32,000 nt of DNA from Arthrobacter terrae (GTDB lineage Bacteria > Actinomycetota > Actinomycetes > Actinomycetales > Micrococcaceae). The notes beneath the pieces are model-generated. The model was not told the DNA's origin. It saw nothing but the letters and a program-made list of their open reading frames with translations, and searched no databases. This document shows positions 16,535 through 26,641 of this stretch, in pieces (position 1 is the first letter of the stretch; the number at the start of each line of letters is the position of its first letter). The stretch is taken from contig NZ_JADNYM010000018.1 of the NCBI RefSeq assembly GCF_015708085.1, positions 61,708 through 93,707 of the forward strand, written 5' to 3'. The position numbers and the translations under genes were made by a program.

Positions 16535-17238
16535 GCGTTGACCCGCAGCCCATCCGCGTCCTCGTGGTCGATGACGAACCGATTGCCGCTGACGCGCACG
16601 CCATCTATCTGCAACGGGTCGGCGGTTTTTCTGTCGGCGGCATCGTCAACGACGGTCAGTCTGCGCTGCGTGCCCTGCAGCAGGGCGCCGAGGCCGGCGC
16701 GCCGATCGATCTCATGCTGCTGGACATGAATCTTCCCGACCTGCACGGGCTCGATATTGCCCGTCGCGTCCGCTCGGCGGGGCTGACCGTGGACATTATC
16801 GCCATCACCGCCGTGCGGGATCTAAAAGTGGTCCGGACTGCCATCTCAAGCGGCGTGGTCCGATACCTCATCAAGCCGTTCAGTTATGCGATGTTTGCGG
16901 AAAAGCTTGTTAACTACCGTGACTTCCGGCAGCAGCTGGCCTCTCCGACCGCTCATGCCTCACAAACCGACGTCGATCTGGCGTTTGCGAGTTTACGGGC
17001 ACCCACGGCGGCTGCACTCCCTAAAGGCCTGTCCGAGAGCACACTGACCGCCGTCGTCGTCCTGCTGAAAGCCCACGCCGGTCCGATTTCAGCGTCCGAA
17101 GTTATGGATCAATTGGGCGTATCGCGCGTCACCGCCCGACGCTACTTGGAGTATCTGGCGGATCAGCAGACCGTGCGCCGCAGAGCCCGTTACGGGACGC
17201 CGGGCAGGCCCGAAAATGAATATCTCTGGCGGAGTTAG
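16531..17238 (+). CDS. CitB/DcuR-family response regulator
   Basis: 235 aa. ATGA overlap with the kinase stop. Receiver motifs VLVVDDEP, LLDMNLPD and KP. C-terminal HTH (SEVMDQLGVSRVTARRYLEYL). Confidence 0.9.
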   Translation: MSVDPQPIRVLVVDDEPIAADAHAIYLQRVGGFSVGGIVNDGQSALRALQQGAEAGAPIDLMLLDMNLPDLHGLDIARRVRSAGLTVDIIAITAVRDLKVVRTAISSGVVRYLIKPFSYAMFAEKLVNYRDFRQQLASPTAHASQTDVDLAFASLRAPTAAALPKGLSESTLTAVVVLLKAHAGPISASEVMDQLGVSRVTARRYLEYLADQQTVRRRARYGTPGRPENEYLWRS

Positions 17239-17246
17239 CCAACTGT

Positions 17247-18167
17247 TTAGCTGATGTTGACTATGATTTTTCCGCGCGTGTGGCCCTCCATGCTGAGCCG
17301 GTAGGCGTCCGCCGCCTGCTCCAGCGGGAACGTCTTCGCAATCTCCACCGTGAGTTTGCCCGCGTCGGCAAGGTCGGCGAGCGCCTGCAGGTCATCCCCG
17401 TCTGGACGCACCCACATCCAGGTTCCGCCGTGCTGCTCGGCTTCGGGATCGGCGATGGATGCGTGCCGGCCGCCGGATTTAAGCACCGCCAGCGTCACAT
17501 CCATGACGCCGCCGACAAAGTCCACAACGACGTCGGCACCATCGGGAGCCAGCGCACGGAACTGCTCGGTAAGACCGTCCCCGTAACTGACCGGTTCGGC
17601 GCCGAGGGAACGCAGGTAATCATGGTTCTTTTCCGACGCCGTGGCAATGACCCGTGCGCCGCGGTGCGCCGCCAGCTGGATGGCCACTGAGCCGACACCG
17701 CCGGAGCCGCCGTGGATGAGTATGGTTTCCCCCGCTGCCAATTCGAGCCGGTTAAGTACCTGGAAGGCCGTCAGCCCCGTCAGTGGCAGCCCGCCGGCCT
17801 GCTCCCAGCTCAGGGCTTGCGGTTTGTGTGCCAGCACGCGCACCGGCAGGGCGATGTAGTCAGCAAAGCTGCCCCCGTGCAGGTAGTCCTTGCGGCCGTA
17901 GGCAATCACCTCATCACCTGTCTTGAACTCCGGGGCGTCAACTCCGACGGACTCCACCACTCCAGCGACATCCCAGCCGGTAGTGGCAGGAAATTGGATG
18001 TCCATCATGGCGTCAAGGCCGCCAGCGAGAACCTTCCAATCCACCGGATTCACAGAAGCACTTTTGACCTTGACCAACACCATGCCCGGGCCTACCTTGG
18101 GCATCGGCTGGTCCGTCAGTTCCAGAATGTCGGGGTTTCCATAGCTGCTAAAGGTAATGGCTCTCAT
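17247..18167 (-). CDS. NAD(P)-dependent oxidoreductase, MDR/quinone-oxidoreductase family
   Basis: Track ORF 17247-18338 trimmed to the ATG at 18167 (MRAITFSSYGNPDILEL...). Cofactor-binding motif IHGGSGGVGSVAIQLA. Confidence 0.85.
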   Translation of the reverse strand: MRAITFSSYGNPDILELTDQPMPKVGPGMVLVKVKSASVNPVDWKVLAGGLDAMMDIQFPATTGWDVAGVVESVGVDAPEFKTGDEVIAYGRKDYLHGGSFADYIALPVRVLAHKPQALSWEQAGGLPLTGLTAFQVLNRLELAAGETILIHGGSGGVGSVAIQLAAHRGARVIATASEKNHDYLRSLGAEPVSYGDGLTEQFRALAPDGADVVVDFVGGVMDVTLAVLKSGGRHASIADPEAEQHGGTWMWVRPDGDDLQALADLADAGKLTVEIAKTFPLEQAADAYRLSMEGHTRGKIIVNIS

Positions 18168-18261
18168 ATGTGGGCTAACCGGGCCTTTCCTGCGCTTATT
18201 CCATCTATTCGAGCCCCTTCGGCTATCCGGCCGCGCGCGGCAATGTCCAGGTGTGGCCGGA

Positions 18262-20172
18262 TCAACCCGGTTGTACCGGACGGAGAATAGGCAGCAGCGA
18301 GTCAATGACGCCGGCATCCTCAATTGTCGATGGGACACTATAGTCTTCGCCGTCAGCGATCTGGCGCATGGTCTTGCGCAGGATCTTCCCGGACCGCGTT
18401 TTGGGCAGCGAGTCGACCACCACCGCCTGCTTGAAGTCCGCTACCGGGCCGATTTTTCTGCGGACCAGTGCCACCAACTCCTTCACCAGCTGCTCTTGGT
18501 CCATCTCGGCGCCGGATTTGAGCACAACATAGGCGCTGGCCCGCTGACCTTTGAGCGCGTCGACGAGCCCGATGACGGCGCATTCGGCCACTGCCGGGTG
18601 CTGGGCCAGAACCTGTTCAATGGCGCCCGTGGAGAGCCGGTGACCGGCCACATTGATCACATCATCGGTACGACCCATCACGAAGACGTATCCGTCCGCG
18701 TCCACATAGCCGGAATCACCAGTTGTGTAATATCCCGGGAAAGCGTTCAGATAAGAGGAGACATAGCGTTCGTCACTGCCCCACAACGTCATTAGGGTGC
18801 CGGGCGGAAGCGGCAGGCCGAGCACAATGTTCCCCTCGGTGCCTGGCGGTACCGGATCGCCCATGCCGTCGACGATGCGCAGATCAAACCCCGGCATCGG
18901 GATCGACGGCGAACCGGCCTTGATTGGCAGCGGTTCAAGCCCGCGCGGATTGCCGCAGATGGCCCAGCCCGTCTCGGTCTGCCACCAGTGATCCACCACG
19001 GGAACGTTCAGCACCCTTTCGGCCCAGTGATACGTTTCCGGATCCAGCCGCTCCCCAGCCGCAAAAAGCGTCGTCAGGGAAGAGACGTCGTATTTTGCCA
19101 GTTCGGTGGCTTCCGGATCCACCTTGCGGATAGCCCGCAGCGCGGTGGGCGCCGTAAAGAGCACTCGGACCCGGTGGTCGCTGACCACGCGCCAGAAGGC
19201 TCCGGCGTCCGGCGTGCCGACGGGTTTACCCTCGTAAAGCACGGTGGTGGCGCCGGCCAGCAGTGGTCCGTAGACGATGTAGGAGTGGCCGACAACCCAG
19301 CCCACATCGGAGGCGGTCCACATCACGTCGCCGGGATGAATGTTGTAAAGGTTGGTCATGGTCCACATCAGCGCCGTAGCATGGCCGCCGTTGTCGCGGA
19401 CAACTCCCTTAGGCGCACCGGTGGTTCCCGAGGTGTACAGGATGTACAGCGGATCCGAAGCCGCGACCGGCACCGGTTCCGCGCGCCCGGCACCGCGCAG
19501 CTCGGCATCCCAGTCGAGCCAGGTCTCGTATTCGGTCCCGCGGCCGCCGACGGCCGCCTCGAAGCCGTCCCGCGCCTTGACGATAACGGGCGTATGGTCC
19601 GCGTCCGCCAGCCGCAGGGCCTCCGCCACGGCAGGCAGGTACTCAATTTTCCGGCTCGGTTCCAACCCTCCGGATGCGGTCACAACGACGGCCGGCTTGG
19701 CATCGGCAATACGGGCCGCCAGTTCGGCGGCGGCAAAGCCACCGAAGACGACCGAGTGCACCGCGCCCAGGCGGGCCGTTGCCAACATCGCGATGACGGC
19801 TTCGGGGATCATCGGCAGGTAAATAACTACCCGATCACCCTTCCCGACACCCTGTGAACGCAACACCGAGGCGAAGCGGGCCACCAGATCAGTCAGCTCC
19901 GCGTAGCTGTAGTGCCGTTTGATGCCGAGCATGGCCGAGTCATAGATCAGCGCATCCTGCTCCCCACGGCCAGCCAACACGTGGCGATCCAAGGCATTGA
20001 ATGAGGTATTCAGCCGGGCGCCCGGAAACCAAGTGGTGACGGGTGCGGCGGAACTGTCCAGCGCGCGCGACGGTTCCTTGTCCCAATCGATGGCCTGGGC
20101 AGCGCCAAGCCAAAACCCTTCCGGATCTTGCAGACTGCGCGCATAAACGGCCCTGTAGCTCTCTTCTGTCAT
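18262..20172 (-). CDS. prpE: AMP-forming acyl-CoA synthetase, propionate-CoA ligase-like
   Basis: Track ORF trimmed to the ATG at 20172 (MTEESYRAVYARSLQDPEGFW) with a GGGAGAG RBS. AMP-binding motif YTSGTTGAPKG. Acs/PrpE-type N-terminus. Divergent from the prp regulon. Confidence 0.82.
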   Translation of the reverse strand: MTEESYRAVYARSLQDPEGFWLGAAQAIDWDKEPSRALDSSAAPVTTWFPGARLNTSFNALDRHVLAGRGEQDALIYDSAMLGIKRHYSYAELTDLVARFASVLRSQGVGKGDRVVIYLPMIPEAVIAMLATARLGAVHSVVFGGFAAAELAARIADAKPAVVVTASGGLEPSRKIEYLPAVAEALRLADADHTPVIVKARDGFEAAVGGRGTEYETWLDWDAELRGAGRAEPVPVAASDPLYILYTSGTTGAPKGVVRDNGGHATALMWTMTNLYNIHPGDVMWTASDVGWVVGHSYIVYGPLLAGATTVLYEGKPVGTPDAGAFWRVVSDHRVRVLFTAPTALRAIRKVDPEATELAKYDVSSLTTLFAAGERLDPETYHWAERVLNVPVVDHWWQTETGWAICGNPRGLEPLPIKAGSPSIPMPGFDLRIVDGMGDPVPPGTEGNIVLGLPLPPGTLMTLWGSDERYVSSYLNAFPGYYTTGDSGYVDADGYVFVMGRTDDVINVAGHRLSTGAIEQVLAQHPAVAECAVIGLVDALKGQRASAYVVLKSGAEMDQEQLVKELVALVRRKIGPVADFKQAVVVDSLPKTRSGKILRKTMRQIADGEDYSVPSTIEDAGVIDSLLPILRPVQPG

Positions 20173-20243
20173 GGCAACTCTCCCATTCACGAAGCTGTGA
20201 TGTCTGTCATAGTAGCCGCAAGCCGTATCGCAAAGCAATGGTT

Positions 20244-20253
20244 ATGTATACAT
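20244..20253. promoter_or_regulatory. candidate GntR-family operator, palindrome ATGTATACAT
   Basis: Perfect 10-bp palindrome with a GT-n-AC core, in the AT-rich prpE/GntR divergent intergenic region. Confidence 0.45.
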
Positions 20254-20306
20254 AAAATTAAGATTTGAGAAATTATTTGCTTTCAGCGCTCTTTTTCACC
20301 GGTCTT

Positions 20307-20314
20307 TGTATACA
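20307..20314. promoter_or_regulatory. second candidate GntR-family operator, palindrome TGTATACA
   Basis: Same TGTATACA core, 62 bp centre-to-centre from the first site and about 80 bp upstream of the regulator ATG. Confidence 0.45.
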
Positions 20315-20391
20315 CTTGATCAAAAGGTTGGCCGTGGTCGAGAACATCGGCCCGCCGGGGCTAATCAGGTAAACGCAGGCAAGGAGGCAAC

Positions 20392-21030
20392 ATGCGCGCC
20401 AGCGACCGTGCTTATGCTGCCCTTCGATCCGACATCGTCGAATGGCGTCTCCCGCCCGGATCCGTGCTGGCCGAGGTCGAGCAGTCCGAACGGCTGGGCG
20501 TTTCCCGGACGCCACTGCGGGAAGCTTTGGCCAGGCTCACGGCGGAGGGACTGACGGCGGCACAGCGGGGCCGGGGTGTGGTTGTCAGCAATATTTCCCT
20601 GGCCGATGTGCGGGAACTCTTTGAACTTCGTGCCGCGCTGGAGTGCCGAGCCGCCGAACTTGCCTGCGAGCGCGGCGACCGCGACGTATTCCGGCAATTG
20701 CATCAGGAACTCGTAGGCGCGTCTGGACTGCTGAACGAAGCGGATCCCTCCCGCGCTGCGTACTACGAACTGGTGGGGCGCCTCGACGCCGCGATCGATG
20801 CCGCCGTCGACAATAGTTACCTGGCGCAGGCGCTCAGAAACCTCCGTGTGCACCTGGTCCGGGTCCGTCGGCTCTCGCAGGACAACCCGGCACGACTGCT
20901 GGAGGCGGCCAAGGAACACGCCACCATCGCGGCGGCGATCGCGAAAGGTAATGCCGGAGTCGCCAGTGCCGCCACCACCGTCCATTTGGACAACAGCCTC
21001 GACCATCTACTTTCAACGAACACGCCCTAA
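20392..21030 (+). CDS. GntR/FadR-family transcriptional regulator, likely prp regulator
   Basis: 212 aa. N-terminal wHTH (SERLGVSRTPLREALARLTAEGL) plus an all-helical FCD-type C-terminal domain. AAGGAGG RBS. Lies immediately upstream of prpDBC. Confidence 0.88.
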   Translation: MRASDRAYAALRSDIVEWRLPPGSVLAEVEQSERLGVSRTPLREALARLTAEGLTAAQRGRGVVVSNISLADVRELFELRAALECRAAELACERGDRDVFRQLHQELVGASGLLNEADPSRAAYYELVGRLDAAIDAAVDNSYLAQALRNLRVHLVRVRRLSQDNPARLLEAAKEHATIAAAIAKGNAGVASAATTVHLDNSLDHLLSTNTP

Positions 21031-21073
21031 CAACCACTAATCGGCCGGCAGCCGGCAAACCCGAGAGGAAATC

Positions 21074-22621
21074 ATGGTGCTCACCCATCACGTCCGCGTC
21101 CATAAAAGCGAGGAAAACCTCCCCCGCGAAGAACAGCTCGCCTGTAAGATCGCCAAGGTGGCAGCGGATCCGGTCGCAGTCACCGATGAAGTCACCGACA
21201 TGGTCATCAACCGAATCATCGACAACGCCTCCGTGGCCGTGGCCTCGCTGAACCGTGCCCCCATTGTTGCAGCCCGGGCGCAGGCGCTGACACATGGACC
21301 AAGCAGCAACGGTAAGGGCTCCTGCATTTATGGTATTGCGGACCGCGTCTCCCCCGAGTGGGCGGCCTGGGCCAATGGCGTCGCAGTGCGCGAGCTGGAC
21401 TACCACGACACGTTTCTGGCCGCGGAATATTCCCACCCCGGGGACAATATCCCCCCGATCCTTGCCGTGGGCCAGCACGTCGGCAGCAGCGGCGCGGATC
21501 TGATCCGAGGCATCGCCACCGGTTATGAGATTCAGGTGGATCTGGTGAAATCAATCTGCCTGCATGAACACAAAATTGATCACGTGGCCCACCTCGGACC
21601 GTCCGCAGCGGCAGGCATCGGCACGCTGCTCGGACTGGATGCGGAAACGATTTTCCAGGCGGTGGGCCAGGCACTGCACACGACGACGGCGACGCGCCAG
21701 TCGCGCAAGGGCGAAATCTCCACCTGGAAGGCCTATGCACCGGCGTTTGCCGGAAAAATGGCCATTGAAGCGGTGGACCGTGCGATGCGCGGGCAGACGT
21801 CCCCCACCCCGATCTACGAGGGCGAAGACGGCGTCATCGCCTGGCTGCTGGACGGCCCGGACGCTTCCTACCAGGTCCCGCTGCCGGCCGAGGGTGAAGC
21901 GAAACTGGCCATTCTGGACACTTACACCAAGGAACACTCCGCGGAATATCAGGCACAGGCCTTGATTGACCTGGCGCGGAAGCTGCACGGCGAGTACCCG
22001 GAGCTGGCAGATCCGGCGAGGGTGAATGACCTGGTGCAGAAAATTGTCATCCACACCAGCCACCACACACACTTTGTGATCGGCTCCGGGGCCAATGATC
22101 CGCAGAAGTATGACCCCACGGCGTCCCGCGAGACGCTGGACCATTCCATTCCGTATATTTTCACCGTTGCCCTGCAGGATGGTGCCTGGCACCATGTGAA
22201 TTCCTATGCCCCGGAGCGAGCCGGTCGTGCCGATACGGTGGAATTGTGGCACAAGGTCAGCACGGCAGAGGACCCGGAATGGACCCGGCGCTACCACTCC
22301 TTGGACCCGCAGGAAAAGGCCTTTGGCGGCTCGGTGGAAATCACGCTTACGGACGGCCGGACCATCACCGACCAGATCGCCGTTGCCGACGCCCACCCGC
22401 TGGGTGCGCGGCCCTTCGCCCGTGCGCAGTACATCAACAAACTCCGCACGCTGGCTGCCGGGGAAAACGGCCAGCGGCTGGTGGACGAGGCGGAAATTAC
22501 CCGGTTCCTGGACACCGTCCAGCGACTACCCGAATTGGGCGCCGGAGAATTGGATGGCCTGAACATCCGGGCCTCAGCCGGTGTCATCAACCTGGCGAAT
22601 ACACCGAAGGGACTCTTCTAA
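21074..22621 (+). CDS. prpD: 2-methylcitrate dehydratase (MmgE/PrpD family)
   Basis: 515 aa with PrpD-family similarity over the full length (e.g. [16 protein letters not shown]). Operon context with prpB and prpC. Confidence 0.9.
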   Translation: MVLTHHVRVHKSEENLPREEQLACKIAKVAADPVAVTDEVTDMVINRIIDNASVAVASLNRAPIVAARAQALTHGPSSNGKGSCIYGIADRVSPEWAAWANGVAVRELDYHDTFLAAEYSHPGDNIPPILAVGQHVGSSGADLIRGIATGYEIQVDLVKSICLHEHKIDHVAHLGPSAAAGIGTLLGLDAETIFQAVGQALHTTTATRQSRKGEISTWKAYAPAFAGKMAIEAVDRAMRGQTSPTPIYEGEDGVIAWLLDGPDASYQVPLPAEGEAKLAILDTYTKEHSAEYQAQALIDLARKLHGEYPELADPARVNDLVQKIVIHTSHHTHFVIGSGANDPQKYDPTASRETLDHSIPYIFTVALQDGAWHHVNSYAPERAGRADTVELWHKVSTAEDPEWTRRYHSLDPQEKAFGGSVEITLTDGRTITDQIAVADAHPLGARPFARAQYINKLRTLAAGENGQRLVDEAEITRFLDTVQRLPELGAGELDGLNIRASAGVINLANTPKGLF

Positions 22622-23526
22622 TGCTGTATTCCGCCACCACACCCGAGCAGAAACGCGTTGCCTTTCGGGCCGGGCTGTCCTCAGGCACCCTTCAGCAATA
22701 CCCCGGCGCGTTCAACCCGCTCTCCGCGCGGCTCATCCAGGAAAAAGGCTTCGACGGCGTCTACATCTCCGGCGCGGTACTCGCCAATGATTTGGGTCTG
22801 CCGGATATCGGCCTGACTACCCTTACCGAAGTTGCCGTCCGTGCAGGGCAAATCGCCCGGATGACGGACCTGCCGTGCATTGTGGATGCCGATACCGGTT
22901 TCGGCGAACCGATGAACGTCGCCCGCAGCATCCAGGAACTGGAGAACGCCGGTCTGACCGGCTGCCATATCGAAGACCAGTTCAATCCCAAAAGGTGCGG
23001 TCATCTGGACGGCAAGAACGTCGTCGACCTTGACACGGCCAGCAAGCGGATCCGCGCCGCCGCCGACGCCCGCCGGGATCCGAACTTCCTGATCATGGCC
23101 CGCACGGACGTCCGTGCAGTGGACGGGCTGAAGGCTGCGCAGGACCGCGCACGGGCGCTCGTGGATGCCGGCGCGGACGCCATCTTCCCCGAGGCAATGA
23201 AAGACCTCACGGAATTCGCTGCCATCAGGGCGGCGGTGGACGTGCCGGTCCTGGCTAACATGACCGAGTTTGGCAAGAGTGAACTTTTCACCGTGGATCA
23301 GCTGGCCGCCGTGGGCGTAAATATGGTCATCTACCCGGTGACCCTGCTGCGCAGCGCCATGGGCGCGGCGGAGCGGACGCTGGATGCCATCAAAGCCAAC
23401 GGAACGCAGGAATCCGCCGTTGGTCAGATGCTCACTCGTGCGCGTTTGTATGAATTGGTGGATTATGAATCCTACAATCACTTCGATACTTCAGTCTTCA
23501 ACTTCCAGATACCCGGCAAGCACTAA
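22621..23526 (+). CDS. prpB: methylisocitrate lyase
   Basis: Track ORF 22246-23526 trimmed to the ATG at 22621 (TAATG junction with the prpD stop). Begins [16 protein letters not shown]. Catalytic loop KRCGHLDGK of the isocitrate lyase/PEP mutase family. Confidence 0.92.
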   Translation: MLYSATTPEQKRVAFRAGLSSGTLQQYPGAFNPLSARLIQEKGFDGVYISGAVLANDLGLPDIGLTTLTEVAVRAGQIARMTDLPCIVDADTGFGEPMNVARSIQELENAGLTGCHIEDQFNPKRCGHLDGKNVVDLDTASKRIRAAADARRDPNFLIMARTDVRAVDGLKAAQDRARALVDAGADAIFPEAMKDLTEFAAIRAAVDVPVLANMTEFGKSELFTVDQLAAVGVNMVIYPVTLLRSAMGAAERTLDAIKANGTQESAVGQMLTRARLYELVDYESYNHFDTSVFNFQIPGKH

Positions 23527-23534
23527 GGACGGCT

Positions 23535-24680
23535 ATGACACCGACATCTGAAACCACCATCCACAAGGGTCTTGCGGGCGTGGTGGCGGACACCACGAAG
23601 ATCTCCAAGGTCAACTCGGAGACCAACTCGCTGCTGTACCGCGGCTATCCCGTCCAGGAGCTGGCAGCCAGATGCAGCTTCGAACAGGTCGCCTACCTGC
23701 TGTGGTACGGCGAACTGCCGACGGCGGACCAGCTGGCCGAGTTTGAGAAGGCCGAACGTGACGGTCGGGGGCTCGAGCGGATCGTCAAGGAAGCCATTGA
23801 TTTGCTGCCCACCACAACGCACCCGATGGACGTCTGCCGGACCGCCGCGAGCATCCTCGGCGCCACACATCCGCAGGCGGCGGACAACTCCCGCGAAGCC
23901 AACCTCAAGAAGGGCATTGACCTGCTCGCGGCCATGCCCGCCGTCGTCGCCTATGACCAGCGTCGCCGTCGCTCGCTGGAAGAAGTGCCCGCCCGCGGGG
24001 ACCTGAGTTACTCCGCCAATTTCCTGTACATGACCTTCGGTGAGGAGGCCGCACCGGAGGTGGTGGAGGCGTTTAATGTCTCGATGATCCTCTATGCGGA
24101 GCACTCCTTCAATGCCTCCACCTTCACGGCCCGAGTGATTGCTTCCACCTTGGCGGACCTGCATTCCGCCGTGACAGGAGCCATCGGTGCGCTTAAGGGT
24201 CCGTTGCACGGCGGCGCGAATGAGGCCGTTATGCACACCTTTGACGAGATCATCAAGGCCCTGCCCGACGGCGGCGATGTCACCGAAGCGACGCAAAAGT
24301 GGCTCGAGGACGCACTGGCCAACAAAAAGAAGATCATGGGTTTTGGACACCGTGTCTATAAGAATGGTGATTCCCGCGTTCCCACCATGAAGACCTCGCT
24401 GGACAAAATGGTGGAACACTACAACCGACCTGATCTGGGTGAGCTTTATGCTGCCATGGAAGCGGCCATGGCCAAGGAAAAGAACATCAAGCCGAACCTG
24501 GACTACCCGACCGGGCCGGTCTATCACCTGATGGGATTCGACACGGAGATGTTCACCCCACTATTCGTGGCCAGCCGCATCACCGGCTGGACCGCGCATG
24601 TCATGGAGCAGCTGGAGGCGAATTCACTGATCCGTCCGTTGAGCGAATACAACGGCGTGGACGAACGCCAGCTGCCCTGA
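23535..24680 (+). CDS. prpC: 2-methylcitrate synthase (citrate synthase family)
   Basis: 381 aa. Citrate-synthase motifs GPLHGGANE and GFGHRVYK. prp operon context. Confidence 0.92.
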   Translation: MTPTSETTIHKGLAGVVADTTKISKVNSETNSLLYRGYPVQELAARCSFEQVAYLLWYGELPTADQLAEFEKAERDGRGLERIVKEAIDLLPTTTHPMDVCRTAASILGATHPQAADNSREANLKKGIDLLAAMPAVVAYDQRRRRSLEEVPARGDLSYSANFLYMTFGEEAAPEVVEAFNVSMILYAEHSFNASTFTARVIASTLADLHSAVTGAIGALKGPLHGGANEAVMHTFDEIIKALPDGGDVTEATQKWLEDALANKKKIMGFGHRVYKNGDSRVPTMKTSLDKMVEHYNRPDLGELYAAMEAAMAKEKNIKPNLDYPTGPVYHLMGFDTEMFTPLFVASRITGWTAHVMEQLEANSLIRPLSEYNGVDERQLP

Positions 24681-24723
24681 GAAACCAGTTCCCCTGAAAA
24701 CCACTAGAAGTTGGAGCACCAGC

Positions 24724-25056
24724 ATGGAAAAATCCTCACTCAAGGCCCTGGCCAGAGAACAGCTCGCCGCGGCGCAGGCATCCTCCAGCGGTCGGAGCGC
24801 CAAGACCGTCTACGGGGGTCATGAGCACATTCTGCGCCAGACAGTCATCGCCTTGGATACGGGGCAGCGGCTCGATGACCACGATAATCCGGGCGAAGCC
24901 ACCGTTTATGTTCTCAGCGGCCGGGTTGAGCTGGCATCCGGCGGGACAACGTGGGAGGGCTCACCCGGAGACCTGCTGATCGTGCCGGAGGCCAGGCATT
25001 CATTGCATGCCATCGAAGCGGCCTGCGTGCTGCTGACGGTGGCCAAGAGCCGCTGA
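24724..25056 (+). CDS. cupin domain protein
   Basis: 110 aa. Cupin-like beta-barrel motifs (GEATVYVLSGRVEL...GDLLIVPEARHSLHA). Confidence 0.75.
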   Translation: MEKSSLKALAREQLAAAQASSSGRSAKTVYGGHEHILRQTVIALDTGQRLDDHDNPGEATVYVLSGRVELASGGTTWEGSPGDLLIVPEARHSLHAIEAACVLLTVAKSR

Positions 25057-25079
25057 CGGTGCCCCTGGCTGACGACCGG

Positions 25080-25565
25080 TCAAACCACGGGCTCAGCCAG
25101 GTAGTCGGCCACGGTTTCGTTGTCCGTATTGAGCACTACCCGCACCGCCAGCCGTTCCCCGGCCAACATGGGCGGCAGCCACCGGAGGGAGTCAGCCCAC
25201 ATCAACTCGCGCGGCAGTGCGCTGATCGGATACCACTGCGGGGCGATCTCTGAGCTTTCGGTGGGCTCGCCCTCCCATTGCCTGCTGAGAAACACCGTGG
25301 TGTGCATATCCCACTCAGGTTTTGCGGGGAAAACAAAGTCCACCGTCCCGGCATAGAGTAGGTTGGATTCCTCGACGTGAACATGTACTTCTTCGGCCAC
25401 CTCGCGGCAGATCGCCTGTGCGGCGCTCTCTCCGGGCTCCAGATGACCGCCAATTCCCACCACTTTACCGGTGCCGAAGCCGATCTTTTTCAGCCCCAGC
25501 AGCACATTCCGGCGCCCATCCACATCACGGAGCAGGAAGCACAGGGTTACGTCGGCAGCAGTCAT
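25080..25565 (-). CDS. NUDIX hydrolase (MutT-like)
   Basis: 161 aa. Nudix box GGHLEPGESAAQAICREVAEEVHV. Confidence 0.85.
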   Translation of the reverse strand: MTAADVTLCFLLRDVDGRRNVLLGLKKIGFGTGKVVGIGGHLEPGESAAQAICREVAEEVHVHVEESNLLYAGTVDFVFPAKPEWDMHTTVFLSRQWEGEPTESSEIAPQWYPISALPRELMWADSLRWLPPMLAGERLAVRVVLNTDNETVADYLAEPVV

Positions 25566-25582
25566 CGTCCCAGCCTACGTCT

Positions 25583-25607
25583 CCTGCGGCTCATCAACTG
25601 AGCCGCA
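25583..25607 (-). terminator. candidate terminator hairpin downstream of xerD
   Basis: Perfect 10-bp stem CTGCGGCTCA / TGAGCCGCAG with a 5-nt loop, followed nearby by a second 6-bp stem (TCCTTT/AAAGGA). No U-tract. Confidence 0.4.
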
Positions 25608-25665
25608 GGTGTCCTTTAGGAGCCTCAAAGGAGCATCTACGGCTCAGTCGATTCGAAGAGCCACG

Positions 25666-26640
25666 TTACCCCAGGGCCCGCGGGTGCGCGGCGGCGTAGA
25701 CCTCCCGCAGCGTTTCCACTGTCACCAGCGTGTAGACCTGCGTCGTGGTCACCGACGCGTGGCCTAACAGTTCCTGGACAACGCGTACATCGGCCCCGCC
25801 CTCCAGCAGATGCGTGGCGAAGGAATGCCGCAAAGTGTGCGGTGAGACGTCGGCACTAATGTCCGCCTTCCCAGCCGCTACCTTCAGAATGGTCCACGCA
25901 CTTTGCCTGCTGATTCGCCCGCCCCGGGCATTGAGGAACAGCGCCGGGCTGCCCTTGCCCTTGGCCGCGAGCAGGGGCCGGCCGCGCACCAAGTAAGCCT
26001 GCACGGCCCGCGCGCCGTAGGAACCCAGCGGCACCATGCGTTCCTTGGAGCCCTTGCCAAAGAGCCGCACCACCGCGGGCGCACCAGCCAGCGCGGACAA
26101 TTCGTCGCCGCCGTTACCCGCATCGACCGCGACGTCGTCCACGTCCAGTCCTACGGCCTCGCTGATCCGGGAACCGGTGGAGTAGAGGAACTCCAGCAAT
26201 GCGCGGTCCCGCAATCCGGTGGCAGTGTCCGCTCCGGCGGCCTCAAGCAATCGGGTGACCTCGGCAACGCTGATAGCCTTTGGCAGGCGCCGGCCCGCCA
26301 TTGGCGGGTGTACATCCGCGGCAGGATCCGTCGCCGTCATCCCTTCCAGCGCCCAGAATTTATGCAGGCCCCGGACGGCGACGATGGTCCGCGCCGCAGA
26401 CCGAACGCCCAGCGCTGCGGAGCCGTCCGTGCCCTCGGCAATGGTCAGCGAGAAGCCCGTGACATGGTGCCGGGTAATCTCCCCCGGTGCCTGCACCCCG
26501 GATGCAGTTAGGAAACGCTGATACCTTCCCAGATCCCGACGGTAGGCGCTGAGAGTATTGGGCGCCAGACCGCGCTCAACGCCCACATGCTGCAGGTAGT
26601 CGGTCACGGCCCGCTCCAACGCCGGCGGGAGTGGATTCAC
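25666..26640 (-). CDS. xerD: site-specific tyrosine recombinase XerD
   Basis: Track ORF 25666-27000 trimmed to the GTG at 26640, 1 nt after the upstream gene's stop. Catalytic-region motifs [37 protein letters not shown]. Housekeeping synteny with pyrG and nudix. Confidence 0.9.
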   Translation of the reverse strand: MNPLPPALERAVTDYLQHVGVERGLAPNTLSAYRRDLGRYQRFLTASGVQAPGEITRHHVTGFSLTIAEGTDGSAALGVRSAARTIVAVRGLHKFWALEGMTATDPAADVHPPMAGRRLPKAISVAEVTRLLEAAGADTATGLRDRALLEFLYSTGSRISEAVGLDVDDVAVDAGNGGDELSALAGAPAVVRLFGKGSKERMVPLGSYGARAVQAYLVRGRPLLAAKGKGSPALFLNARGGRISRQSAWTILKVAAGKADISADVSPHTLRHSFATHLLEGGADVRVVQELLGHASVTTTQVYTLVTVETLREVYAAAHPRALG

Positions 26641-26641
26641 G

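Noticed and set aside
18168-18261. GC palindrome GCCGCGCGCGGC (18230-18241) and CCGGCC...GGCCGG arms downstream of prpE, as a possible terminator.
   Set aside because: The palindrome has no loop, and the longer arms enclose a 22-nt loop with only 6 bp of stem. This is not convincing as a terminator. The two minus-strand genes may simply be co-transcribed.
25666-26640. Tyrosine recombinase as a marker of an integrated mobile element or genomic island.
   Set aside because: The sequence and the recN-pyrG-nudix-xerD synteny identify housekeeping XerD. No att-like repeats, phage genes or transposases flank it.
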